Shown piece by piece: positions 29,863 to 40,137 of a stretch of 64,000 bases of DNA (positions are counted from its first letter, which is position 1; each line of letters begins with the position of its first letter). Source of the stretch: Candidatus Nanopelagicales bacterium (GTDB lineage Bacteria; Actinomycetota; Actinomycetes; S36-B12); the NCBI GenBank assembly GCA_040398845.1, contig JBBATH010000001.1, positions 367,578-431,577 on the forward strand. The letters are read 5' to 3'. Below the pieces are notes generated by a model. That model worked only from the letters and a program-made list of their open reading frames with translations. It was not told where the DNA came from and did not search any database. The position numbers and the translations under genes were made by a program.

Positions 29863-31424
29863 GCTCGATCCCGGTGGGGGAGGTCACTCCGACTCTCGTG
29901 GACTTTCGGGTACTCGCGAAGGACCGCCGGGTGATCCCGGTGGTGCGGCGGTTACTCGTTGATGGCGATACCGCCGTCGGCCTTTTTCGCGCACTGTGCG
30001 GCGATCGGGCCGGAACCTTTCTCCTGGAATCGGCCGAACAGGGTCGTACCTGGTCGCGGTACTCGTTCATCGGGGTGCGCTGTGCGGCGATGATCACTGG
30101 TCGCGACGGTGTCGCGGCCTGGTTGGGTCGGGCCCCGAGAAACGTGCCGATGGACGGGTCGGTCCTCGACGTTGTGCGCGATACCGTGGTCGCCCTCCAC
30201 ACCGATCCGATAGCCGGGCTGCCGCCGCTCACCGGGGGCATGGTTGGGTACGTGTCCTATGACGCGGTGCGCCATTGGGAACGGGTCCCGGACGAGAATC
30301 CTGATGTCACGAACGTGCCAGAGACGGCGTTCCTCCTCGCGACCGACCTCGCAGTGCTCGATCATGCCGACGGTTCGGTGACCCTCATCGCAAACGCGAT
30401 CAACTACGACGACACTGATGCCCACGTCGATGAGGCCTGGCAAGACGCTGTCGACCGGCTGGATCGAATGCAGGAGGATCTCGCCGCAGGCCCCGCGCAC
30501 CCTGCGAGCTCATACGATCTCAGTGCCGTCCCAGACATCACGGAGTGGACGACGCAGTCGGAGTACCTGTCTGCTGTGGCGACCGCGCAGGAGTACATCC
30601 GCCGCGGCGATGCCTTCCAGGTCGTCCTGTCCCAGCGCTTCACGACCCCATGCACCGCATCGGGCCTCGACGTTTACCGGATCCTCCGCACGACGAACCC
30701 GAGCCCGTACATGTACCTGCTGCGCATTCCGGTCGATGACGGTCGCAACCCCAATGATGTGCATGGCACGCTGTCGGACGTCACTTCCTTCGAAATCGTC
30801 GGATCATCGCCAGAAGCCCTCGTGACCGTGACGAACGGCCGCTGCGTCGTGCACCCCATCGCCGGCACGAGACCTCGCGGGACCACGCCAGAGAGCGATG
30901 CCGCCCTCGCTGAGGAACTGCTTGCCGACGAGAAGGAGCGAGCCGAGCACCTCATGCTTGTCGACCTTGCGCGCAATGACCTCGGCCGGGTATGCGTGCC
31001 GGGCTCGGTCAACGTCGTGGAGTTCATGCAGGTTGAGCGCTATTCCCACGTGATGCACCTCGTTTCGACGGTGACCGGTGATCTCGCCGGCGGGGCAGCA
31101 GGATTCGATGCACTGGCCGCGACATTCCCGGCTGGCACCCTGAGCGGTGCACCGAAGCCGAGGGCCATGGCGATCATCGATGAGCTCGAAGGCTCGAGGC
31201 GCGGGCTGTACGGCGGGTGCGTCGGCTACCTGGACTTCGCCGGAAACATCGATACCGCAATCGCGATCCGAACCGCCGTCATCAAAGACGGCCTCGCGCA
31301 TGTGCAGGCTGGCGCGGGCATTGTTGCCGACTCCTTGCCGTTGAACGAGGCCGTTGAATGCCGGAATAAGGCCGCCGCCGTGCTGCGCGCTGTTGCCGTC
31401 GCAGACACATTGGCAGAGATATGA
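29859..31424 (+). CDS. trpE: Anthranilate synthase component I
   Basis: Motifs [15 protein letters not shown] and AIAIRT. The GTG overlaps the hisI stop (GTGA). Confidence 0.95.
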   Translation: MSSIPVGEVTPTLVDFRVLAKDRRVIPVVRRLLVDGDTAVGLFRALCGDRAGTFLLESAEQGRTWSRYSFIGVRCAAMITGRDGVAAWLGRAPRNVPMDGSVLDVVRDTVVALHTDPIAGLPPLTGGMVGYVSYDAVRHWERVPDENPDVTNVPETAFLLATDLAVLDHADGSVTLIANAINYDDTDAHVDEAWQDAVDRLDRMQEDLAAGPAHPASSYDLSAVPDITEWTTQSEYLSAVATAQEYIRRGDAFQVVLSQRFTTPCTASGLDVYRILRTTNPSPYMYLLRIPVDDGRNPNDVHGTLSDVTSFEIVGSSPEALVTVTNGRCVVHPIAGTRPRGTTPESDAALAEELLADEKERAEHLMLVDLARNDLGRVCVPGSVNVVEFMQVERYSHVMHLVSTVTGDLAGGAAGFDALAATFPAGTLSGAPKPRAMAIIDELEGSRRGLYGGCVGYLDFAGNIDTAIAIRTAVIKDGLAHVQAGAGIVADSLPLNEAVECRNKAAAVLRAVAVADTLAEI

Positions 31425-31930
31425 AAGCCAGTCTCGTGGCGCTTACCGCCGGGGCGATACTGGTTCTCATCGCCTGCTCGATGACCTGGTCGGTGGTCAC
31501 GGTTCCGATGCTCGACGATGCTGACGGTCCGGTGCGCAGCGAGTCGCTCGCCGGCTCGACCCTCGCCCCACTCGCGGCTGCGGCCGCGTGGGTAGCGCTC
31601 GCCGCTGTGCTTGCCGTTCTCGCGACCCGGTCGTGGGGACGAGTTGCCGTTGGAGTGGTCGTGCTCGCGGCTGGCGTGCTCGTCATCTTCTCGAGCGTCT
31701 CGGGGGGCCTCGACTCGAACTCGAACCTCTGGTGGGTGCTCGCAGTGGCTGGGGGCGTCGCCATCGGATGCGCAGGTGGGTCGATCGTTGGGCAGGGTCG
31801 CCGGTGGCCGGGCCTTGGCCGCAGATACGAGGCTCCAGCAGGGTCGAGAGCGACCCCGTCGCGCCAGGTGACACCGTGGGATGCCATTGACCACGGTCAG
31901 GACCCGACGTTGGATGACCAATCTGCTTAG
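31421..31930 (+). CDS. Trp-operon-associated membrane protein (TIGR02234-like)
   Basis: Ala/Val/Leu-rich polytopic protein directly after trpE (ATGA overlap). This is the conserved actinobacterial arrangement. Confidence 0.7.
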   Translation: MKASLVALTAGAILVLIACSMTWSVVTVPMLDDADGPVRSESLAGSTLAPLAAAAAWVALAAVLAVLATRSWGRVAVGVVVLAAGVLVIFSSVSGGLDSNSNLWWVLAVAGGVAIGCAGGSIVGQGRRWPGLGRRYEAPAGSRATPSRQVTPWDAIDHGQDPTLDDQSA

Positions 31931-31938
31931 ATGGGGTC

Positions 31939-32166
31939 ATGTCGGACGTAAAAGCGAATGCCCAGTCCAAGCAAATTCACCACGGCAACACGCCGGCAGC
32001 CTGGACCACGGTCGTGCTCGTCACGCTCGCCTTCACAATTGGCACCCTCGCAATCATGTTCGCCAACTGGCCGGTGTTCTTCGGCGCGGTCGGTCTGCTT
32101 GTGGTGGCGGGCATCGTGGGCAAGGTCATGCAGATGCTCGGTCTGGGGACTATCGCCCGTCGCTAG
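31939..32166 (+). CDS. HGxxPAAW-family small membrane protein
   Basis: 75 aa with the literal motif HHGNTPAAW followed by two TM segments. Confidence 0.65.
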   Translation: MSDVKANAQSKQIHHGNTPAAWTTVVLVTLAFTIGTLAIMFANWPVFFGAVGLLVVAGIVGKVMQMLGLGTIARR

Positions 32167-32254
32167 CCGTCTTGAGTGGGCGCGTGCTTCCTTACACGAA
32201 ATTGACACAATCCGGACGGCTCCTGACCCCAGACGCGCCCGTTCATGACACGCT

Positions 32255-32983
32255 GTGCACGTGATGAATCCGAGCCCATCAGCCGAGCCGTCTAGATCCG
32301 ATCAGGGCAAAGGTCTGGTCCTCGTGGTCGAGGATGAGCGCGCCATCTCAGATCTGCTCCGGATGTACCTCACCCGGGAGGGCTTCGGAGTCCATGTGGC
32401 CTCCGATGGTTTAAGCGGCCTGTCGTTCGCCCGCACCCTCCACCCCGTCGCGATCATCCTCGACGTGGGTCTGCCGGGCATTGACGGCACCGCGGTCTGC
32501 CGCCAGCTGCGGGCCGATGGAGACTGGACGCCCATCCTCTTCTGTACGGCGAGGGATGATGAAGTCGATCGGGTGCTCGGCCTTGAGCTCGGTGCAGATG
32601 ACTACATCACCAAGCCATTCAGCCCCCGTGAGGTCGTCGCGAGGGTGAAGTCAGTCGTCCGCCGAGCATCGCGTGCGAATTCGAGCGAGGGGCCACTGAC
32701 CATGGGCGCGATTGTGCTCGATCCCGTCACCCGTCGGGTCACAGCAAACGAGGTCGCCATCGCGCTCACCGCCACCGAGTTCGACCTGCTCGCGCATCTC
32801 ATGTCGTACCCGGGCCGGGTCTTCAGCCGGGAACAACTGCTCTCCGAGGTGTGGGGGTATGCAGCGGTCGTCGGAACGAGGACAGTCGATGTGCATGTCG
32901 CTCAGGTGAGGGCCAAGCTCGCGGAGTCCGACGTTATCCGAACGGTACGCGGCGTTGGCTATGCGGCCGAGCCACCCCGGTGA
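32255..32983 (+). CDS. OmpR/PhoB-family response regulator
   Basis: Receiver domain (VVEDE, ILDVGLPGIDG, ITKPF) plus winged helix (TATEFDLLAHL...RTVDVHVAQVRAKL). Confidence 0.9.
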   Translation: MHVMNPSPSAEPSRSDQGKGLVLVVEDERAISDLLRMYLTREGFGVHVASDGLSGLSFARTLHPVAIILDVGLPGIDGTAVCRQLRADGDWTPILFCTARDDEVDRVLGLELGADDYITKPFSPREVVARVKSVVRRASRANSSEGPLTMGAIVLDPVTRRVTANEVAIALTATEFDLLAHLMSYPGRVFSREQLLSEVWGYAAVVGTRTVDVHVAQVRAKLAESDVIRTVRGVGYAAEPPR

Positions 32984-33013
32984 CCGGGGCTTCAGGGTGA
33001 AGGGGTCTGGGCG

Positions 33014-34438
33014 TTGACGAGCAGCGCGGTGGCTGATTTCGCACTGGCGGACGAGTCACCTCGTCGCAAGGCTCGCGTGAGCATCGTGACCCGCACGGTC
33101 CTCATGACGAGCATTGTGGCTGCGATTGTGGTGGTCGTCGCAGGCATCGTCTCGTATCCGATGGTCTCCTCGTCGGCACGACAGCAGGCCCAGGGCACCC
33201 TTGGCCGGCTGGCAGATCTCACAGCCGCGGCGCTCGACCGTGGTCCGCAGGACGGTAGCCGCGACAAACTGCTCCCTAGGGACCTCTCCGCGGCACTTCT
33301 CGCCGAGCAGGTGCTTGGCTACTACGTCGTACCTGGCGGGCCGTCGGCGCCGGGGATGACGGCAGCAGAGACGAAAGCCCTGAACGAGGGGGTGTCGATT
33401 TCCACAAGTGGTGATACCCCGCAGGGTGCGGTCCTCATTGAGGGGCGCCCACTCAAGAGTGGCTCGTCAGTCGTCCTCGAGCAGCCGGTATCCGTTGTCG
33501 GAGGCTCCGCGTTGGCGGTATTGCTGAGATTCGCGGCGGCGCTTGTCATCGGATTGCTCATCGCGATGCCAATCGGCTACATCGTGGCTCGGCGCATGAC
33601 ACGACCTCTCCGAGCAGCGCGCGATGCTGCCAACGAGATGGCAGGGGGGTCCCGCGATGTGCGGCTTGCGCCGGAAGGCCCGAGCGAGATTGCTGACATT
33701 GCCGTGTCGCTCAACCATCTCAGTTCCGCGCTCGCGATCTCGGAGGGGCGCCAGCGGGAGTTCCTCATGTCCGTCTCACACGAATTGCGCACCCCCCTGA
33801 CGGCGGTGAAGGGATATGCCGAGGCCCTCGCCGACGGTGTCGTAGCCCCGGAGGATGTCGCACGGACCGGGGCGACGATGGGTGCCGAAGCCGAACGACT
33901 CGATCGACTGGTCAAGGACCTCCTTGACCTCGCCAGACTCGGCGCGGTCACCTTTCGGCTGAACCCGAGTCCAAGTGACCTCGTGGAGATTGGCACCGAA
34001 GCGTCGGCTGTCTGGGCTCATCGATGTGCTCGCGAGCACGTCAGGTTCGTACCGGAGTTGCAGAACTCCGCCTTGCCGCTCACGACAGATTCGATGCGGG
34101 TTCGACAGATCATCGATAACCTCATTGAAAATGCCCTCAGGGTGTCGCCTGCCGGATCTGTCATCGTGCTTGCGGTGCGGCGCGAGCCGGGCTGGGCGGT
34201 TGTTGAGGTGCGCGACTCAGGGCCGGGTCTCACCTCGGATGACCTCACGGTGGCCTTCGAGCCTGGAGTGCTCCACGAGCGGTATCGGGGTGTTCGGCCG
34301 GTGGGTACGGGTTTGGGTCTGGCCATGGTCGGTCGCCTTGCAACCGGTCTCGGCGGATTCGCGGCAGTTGGTACTGCACCTGAGGGTGGCGCATGTTTCA
34401 CCGTTCGACTGCCGCCCGACGAGTCCCCGGCGACGTAG
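33014..34438 (+). CDS. Sensor histidine kinase (2 TM, about 130-aa extracytoplasmic loop, HAMP, HisKA, HATPase)
   Basis: H-box SHELRTPLTAVKGY, N-box DNLIENALRV, G1 VRDSGPGL and G2 GTGLGLAMV. Confidence 0.9.
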   Translation: MTSSAVADFALADESPRRKARVSIVTRTVLMTSIVAAIVVVVAGIVSYPMVSSSARQQAQGTLGRLADLTAAALDRGPQDGSRDKLLPRDLSAALLAEQVLGYYVVPGGPSAPGMTAAETKALNEGVSISTSGDTPQGAVLIEGRPLKSGSSVVLEQPVSVVGGSALAVLLRFAAALVIGLLIAMPIGYIVARRMTRPLRAARDAANEMAGGSRDVRLAPEGPSEIADIAVSLNHLSSALAISEGRQREFLMSVSHELRTPLTAVKGYAEALADGVVAPEDVARTGATMGAEAERLDRLVKDLLDLARLGAVTFRLNPSPSDLVEIGTEASAVWAHRCAREHVRFVPELQNSALPLTTDSMRVRQIIDNLIENALRVSPAGSVIVLAVRREPGWAVVEVRDSGPGLTSDDLTVAFEPGVLHERYRGVRPVGTGLGLAMVGRLATGLGGFAAVGTAPEGGACFTVRLPPDESPAT

Positions 34439-34447
34439 TCTCTCCAC

Positions 34448-34951
34448 GTGAACCCGATCAAGTCGCGAGATTATTCAAGTCGTCACACCAGCGATGACGA
34501 CATTGTCGAAGCGATGGCCATTGATGTGCGACCACGACGACGGCGTCTCCTTGCTCCCCTCATTGCAGGCGTGGTAGCTCTCACTGGCTGCGTGATCGTT
34601 TTCGTCGTCGACCCAAATGAGCCCGGCCACTACCCGGTCTGCCCCACCCGCGCGCTCCTCGGCATCGACTGCCCGGGCTGTGGGCTCATGCGGGGTACCC
34701 ACGACCTTCTTCACGGGAACCTCGCTGGGGCAGTGGATCACAATCTCCTCATTCCGGTGCTCGTGCCGCTCGTGCTCCTTTTCTGGCTGGGATGGCTCAA
34801 GCGTGCCAACACCGGAATCCGGCCTGCGGTGACGCGCGCGAGGTTCCGCAGGCGCAACCGACTCCTTGTCATGGGCCTTATGGTGCTGCTCGCCTTCGGC
34901 ATCATCCGAAACTTCGTTCCGTACCTCGACTCGGGTTCGGTTTTCGGTTGA
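34448..34951 (+). CDS. DUF2752-family membrane protein
   Basis: Motif CPTRALLGIDCPGCGLMRGTHDLLHG plus TM segments. GTG 34448 has TAGTCT 6 nt upstream. Confidence 0.7.
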   Translation: MNPIKSRDYSSRHTSDDDIVEAMAIDVRPRRRRLLAPLIAGVVALTGCVIVFVVDPNEPGHYPVCPTRALLGIDCPGCGLMRGTHDLLHGNLAGAVDHNLLIPVLVPLVLLFWLGWLKRANTGIRPAVTRARFRRRNRLLVMGLMVLLAFGIIRNFVPYLDSGSVFG

Positions 34952-35004
34952 TGCGCCGACTCTGCGCCGCCGGGCCACTGCTCGCACCAATCGCGAGACG
35001 TGGC

Positions 35005-35010
35005 TAATGT
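35005..35010 (+). promoter_or_regulatory. Candidate -10 hexamer TAATGT 6 nt before the trpC GTG (leaderless architecture)
   Basis: The sequence is ggcTAATGTtgagccGTG, with no SD. Confidence 0.3.
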
Positions 35011-35016
35011 TGAGCC

Positions 35017-35826
35017 GTGACGGTACTGGACGACATCCTTGCTGGCGTGCGCGAGGATCTTGAAGAGCGCATGGCTGCGGTGTCAATTGATCAGCTGAAG
35101 GCGCGTGCCCAGCAGGCGAAGCCGGCCGTCGACCCGTATCCAATCCTTAAAGGTCCGGGTGTCTCGGTCATCGCGGAGGTCAAGCGATCAAGCCCGAGTC
35201 GTGGTGCGCTCGCCGAAATCAGCAGTCCTGCCTCGTTGGCGATTGACTATGAGGCTGGTGGCGCTGCGTGCATCAGTGTTCTTACCGAGCAGCGCAGGTT
35301 CGGCGGCAGCCTCGCCGATCTCGAAGCGGTGCGAGCTTCGGTCGAAATACCGTTGTTGCGGAAGGATTTCATCGTCACGAGCTACCAGCTGTGGGAGGCT
35401 AAGGCATCGGGTGCAGACATGGTGCTCCTCATCGTCGCGGCGCTGGATCAGCAGGCCCTTGTGAGTCTGATCGAGCGCACCCGCAGCTTGGGACTCACCC
35501 CTTTGGTCGAGGTGCATGACGCAGACGAGGTCGGTCGCGCGGTAGACGCCGGCGCGACCATCATCGGCGTCAATGCGCGAGACCTTCGCACCCTTGAGGT
35601 GGATCGAACTCAGTTCAACCGGGTCGCTCCTCTCATCCCCGACACTTGTGTGAAGATCGCCGAGTCCGGCGTGCGAGATGCCTGCGACCTCATCGCCTAC
35701 GCCGAGTTCGGTGCGGATGCGGTGCTCGTCGGAGAGAGCCTCGTCACGACAAAGAACCCTCGGACCGCAGTCCACGAACTGGTCACCGCCGGTGCTCATC
35801 CAGCCCTACGACATGGACGGAGTTGA
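35017..35826 (+). CDS. trpC: Indole-3-glycerol phosphate synthase
   Basis: Motifs [24 protein letters not shown] and ESGV. Confidence 0.95.
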   Translation: MTVLDDILAGVREDLEERMAAVSIDQLKARAQQAKPAVDPYPILKGPGVSVIAEVKRSSPSRGALAEISSPASLAIDYEAGGAACISVLTEQRRFGGSLADLEAVRASVEIPLLRKDFIVTSYQLWEAKASGADMVLLIVAALDQQALVSLIERTRSLGLTPLVEVHDADEVGRAVDAGATIIGVNARDLRTLEVDRTQFNRVAPLIPDTCVKIAESGVRDACDLIAYAEFGADAVLVGESLVTTKNPRTAVHELVTAGAHPALRHGRS

Positions 35827-35829
35827 CCG

Positions 35830-37080
35830 ATGGCGGTCATGCTCGAAACAACGAATGCCCCAGGCCACTACGGACCCTACGGTGGTCGGTTCGTCCCCGA
35901 GGCGCTCACCGCGGCGCTGGACCAGCTTGATCGTGAGTTTCGGTCGGCGATCGCCGACGAGTCCTTCACCCATCGGCTGAGCGAGCTTGAGCGCACCTAC
36001 ACCGGGCGACCCAATCCGCTCACCCTTGCGCGCCGGTTCAGTGAGCACTGCGGGGGCGCCACCGTCTATTTCAAGCGCGAAGACCTCAATCACACCGGAT
36101 CACACAAGATTAACAACGTGCTCGGTCAAGCCCTGCTCGCTGAGCGAATGGGCAAGCGAAGGCTCATCGCCGAGACGGGGGCCGGCCAGCACGGCGTCGC
36201 CACGGCTACCGCCGCCGCACTGCTCGGCCTCGAATGCGTCGTGTACATGGGCGAGGAGGATACGAGGCGTCAGGCGCTCAATGTCGCGCGAATGAAACTC
36301 CTAGGCGCCGAGGTCATCCCGGTCACGACGGGCAGCAAGACCCTCAAGGACGCCATCAATGAGGCCATGCGCGACTGGGTCACCACTGTCGACCAGACAC
36401 ACTACGTGCTCGGCACGGTGACCGGACCTGCACCGTTTCCCGAGGTGGTTCGAACCTTCCACCAGGTCATCGGTCGGGAGGCACGAGCCCAGATCCTCGA
36501 GGCGCAGGGCCGACTCCCGGATGCAATCGTCGCCTGCGTCGGCGGAGGATCGAACGCCATGGGGCTTTTCAGCGGTTTCATCGACGATCCCGCGGTGCAG
36601 TTGCGTGGGTACGAGGCCGGCGGATCCGGGGTCGAGACCGGCAAGCACGCCGCCCGATTCGCCGCCGGTACACCCGGTGTGCTCCACGGTGCCCGCACCT
36701 ACGTGATGCAGGACGAGTGGGGCCAGACTGTTCCGTCCCACTCCATTAGCGCCGGCCTCGACTACCCGGGGGTCGGCCCTGAGCATGCCTGGCTGCACGA
36801 CACGGGGCGCGCCACCTATACGGCGATCAACGATGAAGAGGCCATGGAGGCATTCCGGGTGCTCTGCCGGACTGAGGGCATCATCCCGGCAATCGAGACC
36901 GCGCATGCGCTGGCCGGGGCGATGCGACTTGGACGCGAACTCGGTCCGGATTCGATCATCATCGTCAACCTTTCGGGGAGGGGCGACAAGGACGTCGCAA
37001 CGGCCGCCCGGTGGTTCGGCATCGATCTGGGAGGAGCTGCCTCCGATGCACTGTCAGTCGAGATGGCGGAGGGACGTTGA
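35830..37080 (+). CDS. trpB: Tryptophan synthase beta chain
   Basis: PLP-lysine motif HTGSHKINN, plus GGGSNAMG and GVGPEH. Confidence 0.95.
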   Translation: MAVMLETTNAPGHYGPYGGRFVPEALTAALDQLDREFRSAIADESFTHRLSELERTYTGRPNPLTLARRFSEHCGGATVYFKREDLNHTGSHKINNVLGQALLAERMGKRRLIAETGAGQHGVATATAAALLGLECVVYMGEEDTRRQALNVARMKLLGAEVIPVTTGSKTLKDAINEAMRDWVTTVDQTHYVLGTVTGPAPFPEVVRTFHQVIGREARAQILEAQGRLPDAIVACVGGGSNAMGLFSGFIDDPAVQLRGYEAGGSGVETGKHAARFAAGTPGVLHGARTYVMQDEWGQTVPSHSISAGLDYPGVGPEHAWLHDTGRATYTAINDEEAMEAFRVLCRTEGIIPAIETAHALAGAMRLGRELGPDSIIIVNLSGRGDKDVATAARWFGIDLGGAASDALSVEMAEGR

Positions 37081-37874
37081 GCCGTCGACTCGCTGACGTC
37101 TTCGCCGCAGCGAAGTCCGAGAATCGGGCTGCGCTCATCGGGTACCTTCCCGCTGGCTTCCCTGATCGCGATACCTGTGTAGATCTCATCTCGACGATGG
37201 TGGACAGCGGTGTCGATGCCATCGAGGTGGGGCTTCCCTACTCCGACCCGCTCATGGATGGCGCCGTCATCCAAGAGGCTGTCGAGCGGGCGCTCCTCGG
37301 CGGGACGACGACCGATGTCGTGCTCGACACCGTGCGCCGTGTGGCGGAGGCTGGCGCCGTGGCCGTTGTCATGTCCTACTGGAACCCGATCGAGCGCTAT
37401 GGCGTCCAACGGTTCGCAGCCAACCTGGCGCAGGCGGGAGGAGTCGGTGTGATAACGCCGGACCTCACTCCTGAGGAGGCTGGACCCTGGATCGACGCGA
37501 CCGACGAGCACGGCGTCGATCGGATCTTCCTTGTTGCGCCGTCGTCTACCGATGCGCGGATCGCTACGGTCGTGTCGTCGACCTCAGGTTTCGTCTACGC
37601 CGCGTCAACCATGGGAGTGACGGGGGCCCGAACCTCGGTGAGTACCGGCGCAGGCGATCTCGTTGCCCGCACCCGACGGCAGACGGCCCTTCCGATAGCC
37701 GTCGGCCTTGGAGTCTCGACAGGTGAGCAGGCGGCGGAGGTCGCAGCGTACGCAGACGGGGTAATCGTTGGCTCTGCGTTCATCAGGCGAGTTCTCGAGG
37801 CCACGGATTGGAAGGCGGCGCGGGAGTCGGTCGCCGCACTGGCGCGGGAGATGGCGGAAGGGGTCCGCGCGTGA
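37077..37874 (+). CDS. trpA: Tryptophan synthase alpha chain
   Basis: Motifs [25 protein letters not shown] and YWNP. TTG 37077 overlaps the trpB stop (TTGA). The ORF-track ATG 37011 would add 22 non-conserved aa inside trpB. Confidence 0.9.
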   Translation: MSRRLADVFAAAKSENRAALIGYLPAGFPDRDTCVDLISTMVDSGVDAIEVGLPYSDPLMDGAVIQEAVERALLGGTTTDVVLDTVRRVAEAGAVAVVMSYWNPIERYGVQRFAANLAQAGGVGVITPDLTPEEAGPWIDATDEHGVDRIFLVAPSSTDARIATVVSSTSGFVYAASTMGVTGARTSVSTGAGDLVARTRRQTALPIAVGLGVSTGEQAAEVAAYADGVIVGSAFIRRVLEATDWKAARESVAALAREMAEGVRA

Positions 37875-38446
37875 ACCTCGCGAGATCCTTCGCGGGGAAC
37901 GTGTGGATCGGTCTGGTTTTTCGCCTGATCCTCGCCGCTGTCCTCATTTATGCGGGTGTTGCGAAGGTATTCGAACCGGATGGTGCTCGAAACTCCATTC
38001 TGGCCTACCGAATCTTTGACGCCGACATCGCCTCTGTACTCGGTTGGGCGCTGCCGATCGGTGAAATCATCATTGGCCTCCTGCTCCTCGTCGGGCTTTT
38101 CGTGCGGTGGGCGGGTCTCGCCACGGCGCTTCTCATGACCGGATTCATGATCGGGATAGTGAGTGTCTGGATGCGCGGCTACAACATTGACTGCGGCTGC
38201 TTCGGCGGCGGAGGCGACATCACCGGCGAGGGCAAGACGTGGCGATACTTGAGTGAGATCTTGCGTGATCTCCTCTTCACCGGCATGGGCGTCTGGCTTG
38301 TCGCGTGGCCGGTCACCGCACTGGGGCTCGAACGAACACCCGTCGATCTGACGAGGCGCGTGGTGCCCGCAGATGAAGATGCGATGATAGAACCGTTGGA
38401 CGTTTTCGAAACCATTTCAAATCAAGGAGAGCAGCAGCATGTCTGA
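37871..38446 (+). CDS. MauE/DoxX-family redox-associated membrane protein
   Basis: Four TM segments and a Cys pair in NIDCGCFGGGGD. GTG 37871 overlaps the trpA stop (GTGA). Confidence 0.7.
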   Translation: MNLARSFAGNVWIGLVFRLILAAVLIYAGVAKVFEPDGARNSILAYRIFDADIASVLGWALPIGEIIIGLLLLVGLFVRWAGLATALLMTGFMIGIVSVWMRGYNIDCGCFGGGGDITGEGKTWRYLSEILRDLLFTGMGVWLVAWPVTALGLERTPVDLTRRVVPADEDAMIEPLDVFETISNQGEQQHV

Positions 38447-39239
38447 CAATGGAATGAATCGCAGGCAGAAGGCGGCGGCGGCCCGGGATGCATCGAACGC
38501 AGGAGAGAAGCGGCGCGAGCGTACGGTTCGTATCGTTGGCGGGGCGACAGTCCTTGTGGTTGTCGTCGGGATCATCGGTCTCGCCGTGTTTGCACGCTCG
38601 ACGGACACCGGACCTGAGGTTGTGACCGCAAGTGCTGACCCGTCAGCACCGCTGCCCAAGGGCGCGCTCCCTGCGGGAGACCCGCATGAATTCGGCGTGG
38701 TCTACGGCACGGCGCCCGCCGGTTCGCCGGTACTTGAGGTGTGGGAGGACTTCCAGTGCCCATCCTGCGGCGCTGTCGAAGCGGCGAATGGCGACGGGAT
38801 CGCGCAATTGGCCGAGGACGGCAAGGTGACCTTGGTCTGGCGGCCGACCACCTTCCTGGATAAGAACCTCGGCAACGACTCGTCCCTTCGAGCCGTCGCG
38901 GCTTGGGGTTGCGCAGTGGATGCCGGAAAGGCGCGCGAGTACCACGACACTGTTTATGCCAACCAGCCTGCAACCGAAGGCAGTGGGTATCCCGAGGACC
39001 AACTCATCGCCTTTGGCGCCGAGGCCGGAATCACGGGCGACGCGGCGACTACCTTCGCCACGTGCGTTCAGGATGGCACCTACCTGGGTTGGGCTGCGAA
39101 TAGCACTCAGGTGTTCTATGACTCGGGTATTCCCGGAACCCCGCTCGCCAAGCTCGACGGCGTAGAGGTTCCCACCGAGAAGCTCGCGGACAAGGCGTCG
39201 CTCGACCAGGTTATCGCCGACGCACTCGCCGCTAAGTAG
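38439..39239 (+). CDS. Membrane-anchored DsbA-like thiol:disulfide oxidoreductase
   Basis: N-terminal TM anchor, thioredoxin CxxC motif FQCPSCG, and a second Cys pair (WGCAV / ATCVQ). SD AAGGAGAG. 8-nt overlap with the MauE-like gene. Confidence 0.75.
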   Translation: MSDNGMNRRQKAAAARDASNAGEKRRERTVRIVGGATVLVVVVGIIGLAVFARSTDTGPEVVTASADPSAPLPKGALPAGDPHEFGVVYGTAPAGSPVLEVWEDFQCPSCGAVEAANGDGIAQLAEDGKVTLVWRPTTFLDKNLGNDSSLRAVAAWGCAVDAGKAREYHDTVYANQPATEGSGYPEDQLIAFGAEAGITGDAATTFATCVQDGTYLGWAANSTQVFYDSGIPGTPLAKLDGVEVPTEKLADKASLDQVIADALAAK

Positions 39240-39246
39240 TACGGCG

Positions 39247-40131
39247 ATGATCCCGGCGTCACTGCCCAGCCCGTCGCAAGGGGTATGGCTCCTCGGACCG
39301 ATACCGCTGAGGGCGTATGCCATCATCATCGTCGTCGGGATCATCGTTGCGGTCTGGCTGGGTAATCGTAGGTACGTGGAGCGCGGTGGGGCGCCCGGAA
39401 CGATCACCGATATCGCTATCTGGGCGGTGCCCTTCGGAATCATCGGAGGCCGGCTGTACCACGTCCTCAGCGATTCGCAGCTGTATTTCGGCGAGAACGG
39501 GGCCGGGTTCGTCGCTGCCCTGCGCATTTGGGATGGAGGCCTCGGGATCTGGGGGGCGGTGAGCTTGGGGGCGGTAGGCGCCTGGATTGGGGCCCGTCGC
39601 GCCCATGTGGCGCTCCCTCCTGTCGGCGATGCGATTGCACCGGCGATTGCATTGGCCCAGGCGATTGGTCGTTGGGGTAACTGGTTCAATCAGGAACTCT
39701 TCGGGGCACCAACGACTCTGCCATGGGGCCTGGAAATCGACGTTGTACACCGTCCCGGCGGATACGAGGCGTACGAGACCTTCCACCCGACCTTCCTGTA
39801 CGAATCCCTGTGGATGGTGGGCCTAGCAATCGTCCTCATCTGGGCTGACCGGCGCTTCACCATGGGTCATGGTCGAGTTTTCGCGTTATACGTGCTGCTC
39901 TACTGTGTCGGTCGCCTATGGATCGAGTCACTTCGCATCGACTCGGCGAACACCATCCTCGGACTCAGGCTCAACATCTGGACCTCAATCCTCGTTGGAC
40001 TCGGTGCGCTCGCGTATCTCGTGATCTCGTCCAGGCTACGGCCGGGTAGGGAAAACCTCGAGCCAGCGCCGGAGGATCTAGACGAACCGGCAACGGAACC
40101 GGATGAAATAGCCAAAAACACCGCCACCTGA
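39247..40131 (+). CDS. lgt: Prolipoprotein diacylglyceryl transferase
   Basis: Motifs GGRLYHV and RWGNWFNQELFG. Polytopic membrane protein. Confidence 0.9.
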   Translation: MIPASLPSPSQGVWLLGPIPLRAYAIIIVVGIIVAVWLGNRRYVERGGAPGTITDIAIWAVPFGIIGGRLYHVLSDSQLYFGENGAGFVAALRIWDGGLGIWGAVSLGAVGAWIGARRAHVALPPVGDAIAPAIALAQAIGRWGNWFNQELFGAPTTLPWGLEIDVVHRPGGYEAYETFHPTFLYESLWMVGLAIVLIWADRRFTMGHGRVFALYVLLYCVGRLWIESLRIDSANTILGLRLNIWTSILVGLGALAYLVISSRLRPGRENLEPAPEDLDEPATEPDEIAKNTAT

Positions 40132-40137
40132 CCACTC

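Noticed and set aside
34952-35016. Trp leader peptide or attenuator before trpC (and before trpE)
   Set aside because: trpE starts on the hisI stop codon, so it has no leader. The gap before trpC has no Trp-codon mini-ORF and no terminator/antiterminator pair. The overlapping ORF 34792-35007 contains no Trp codons.
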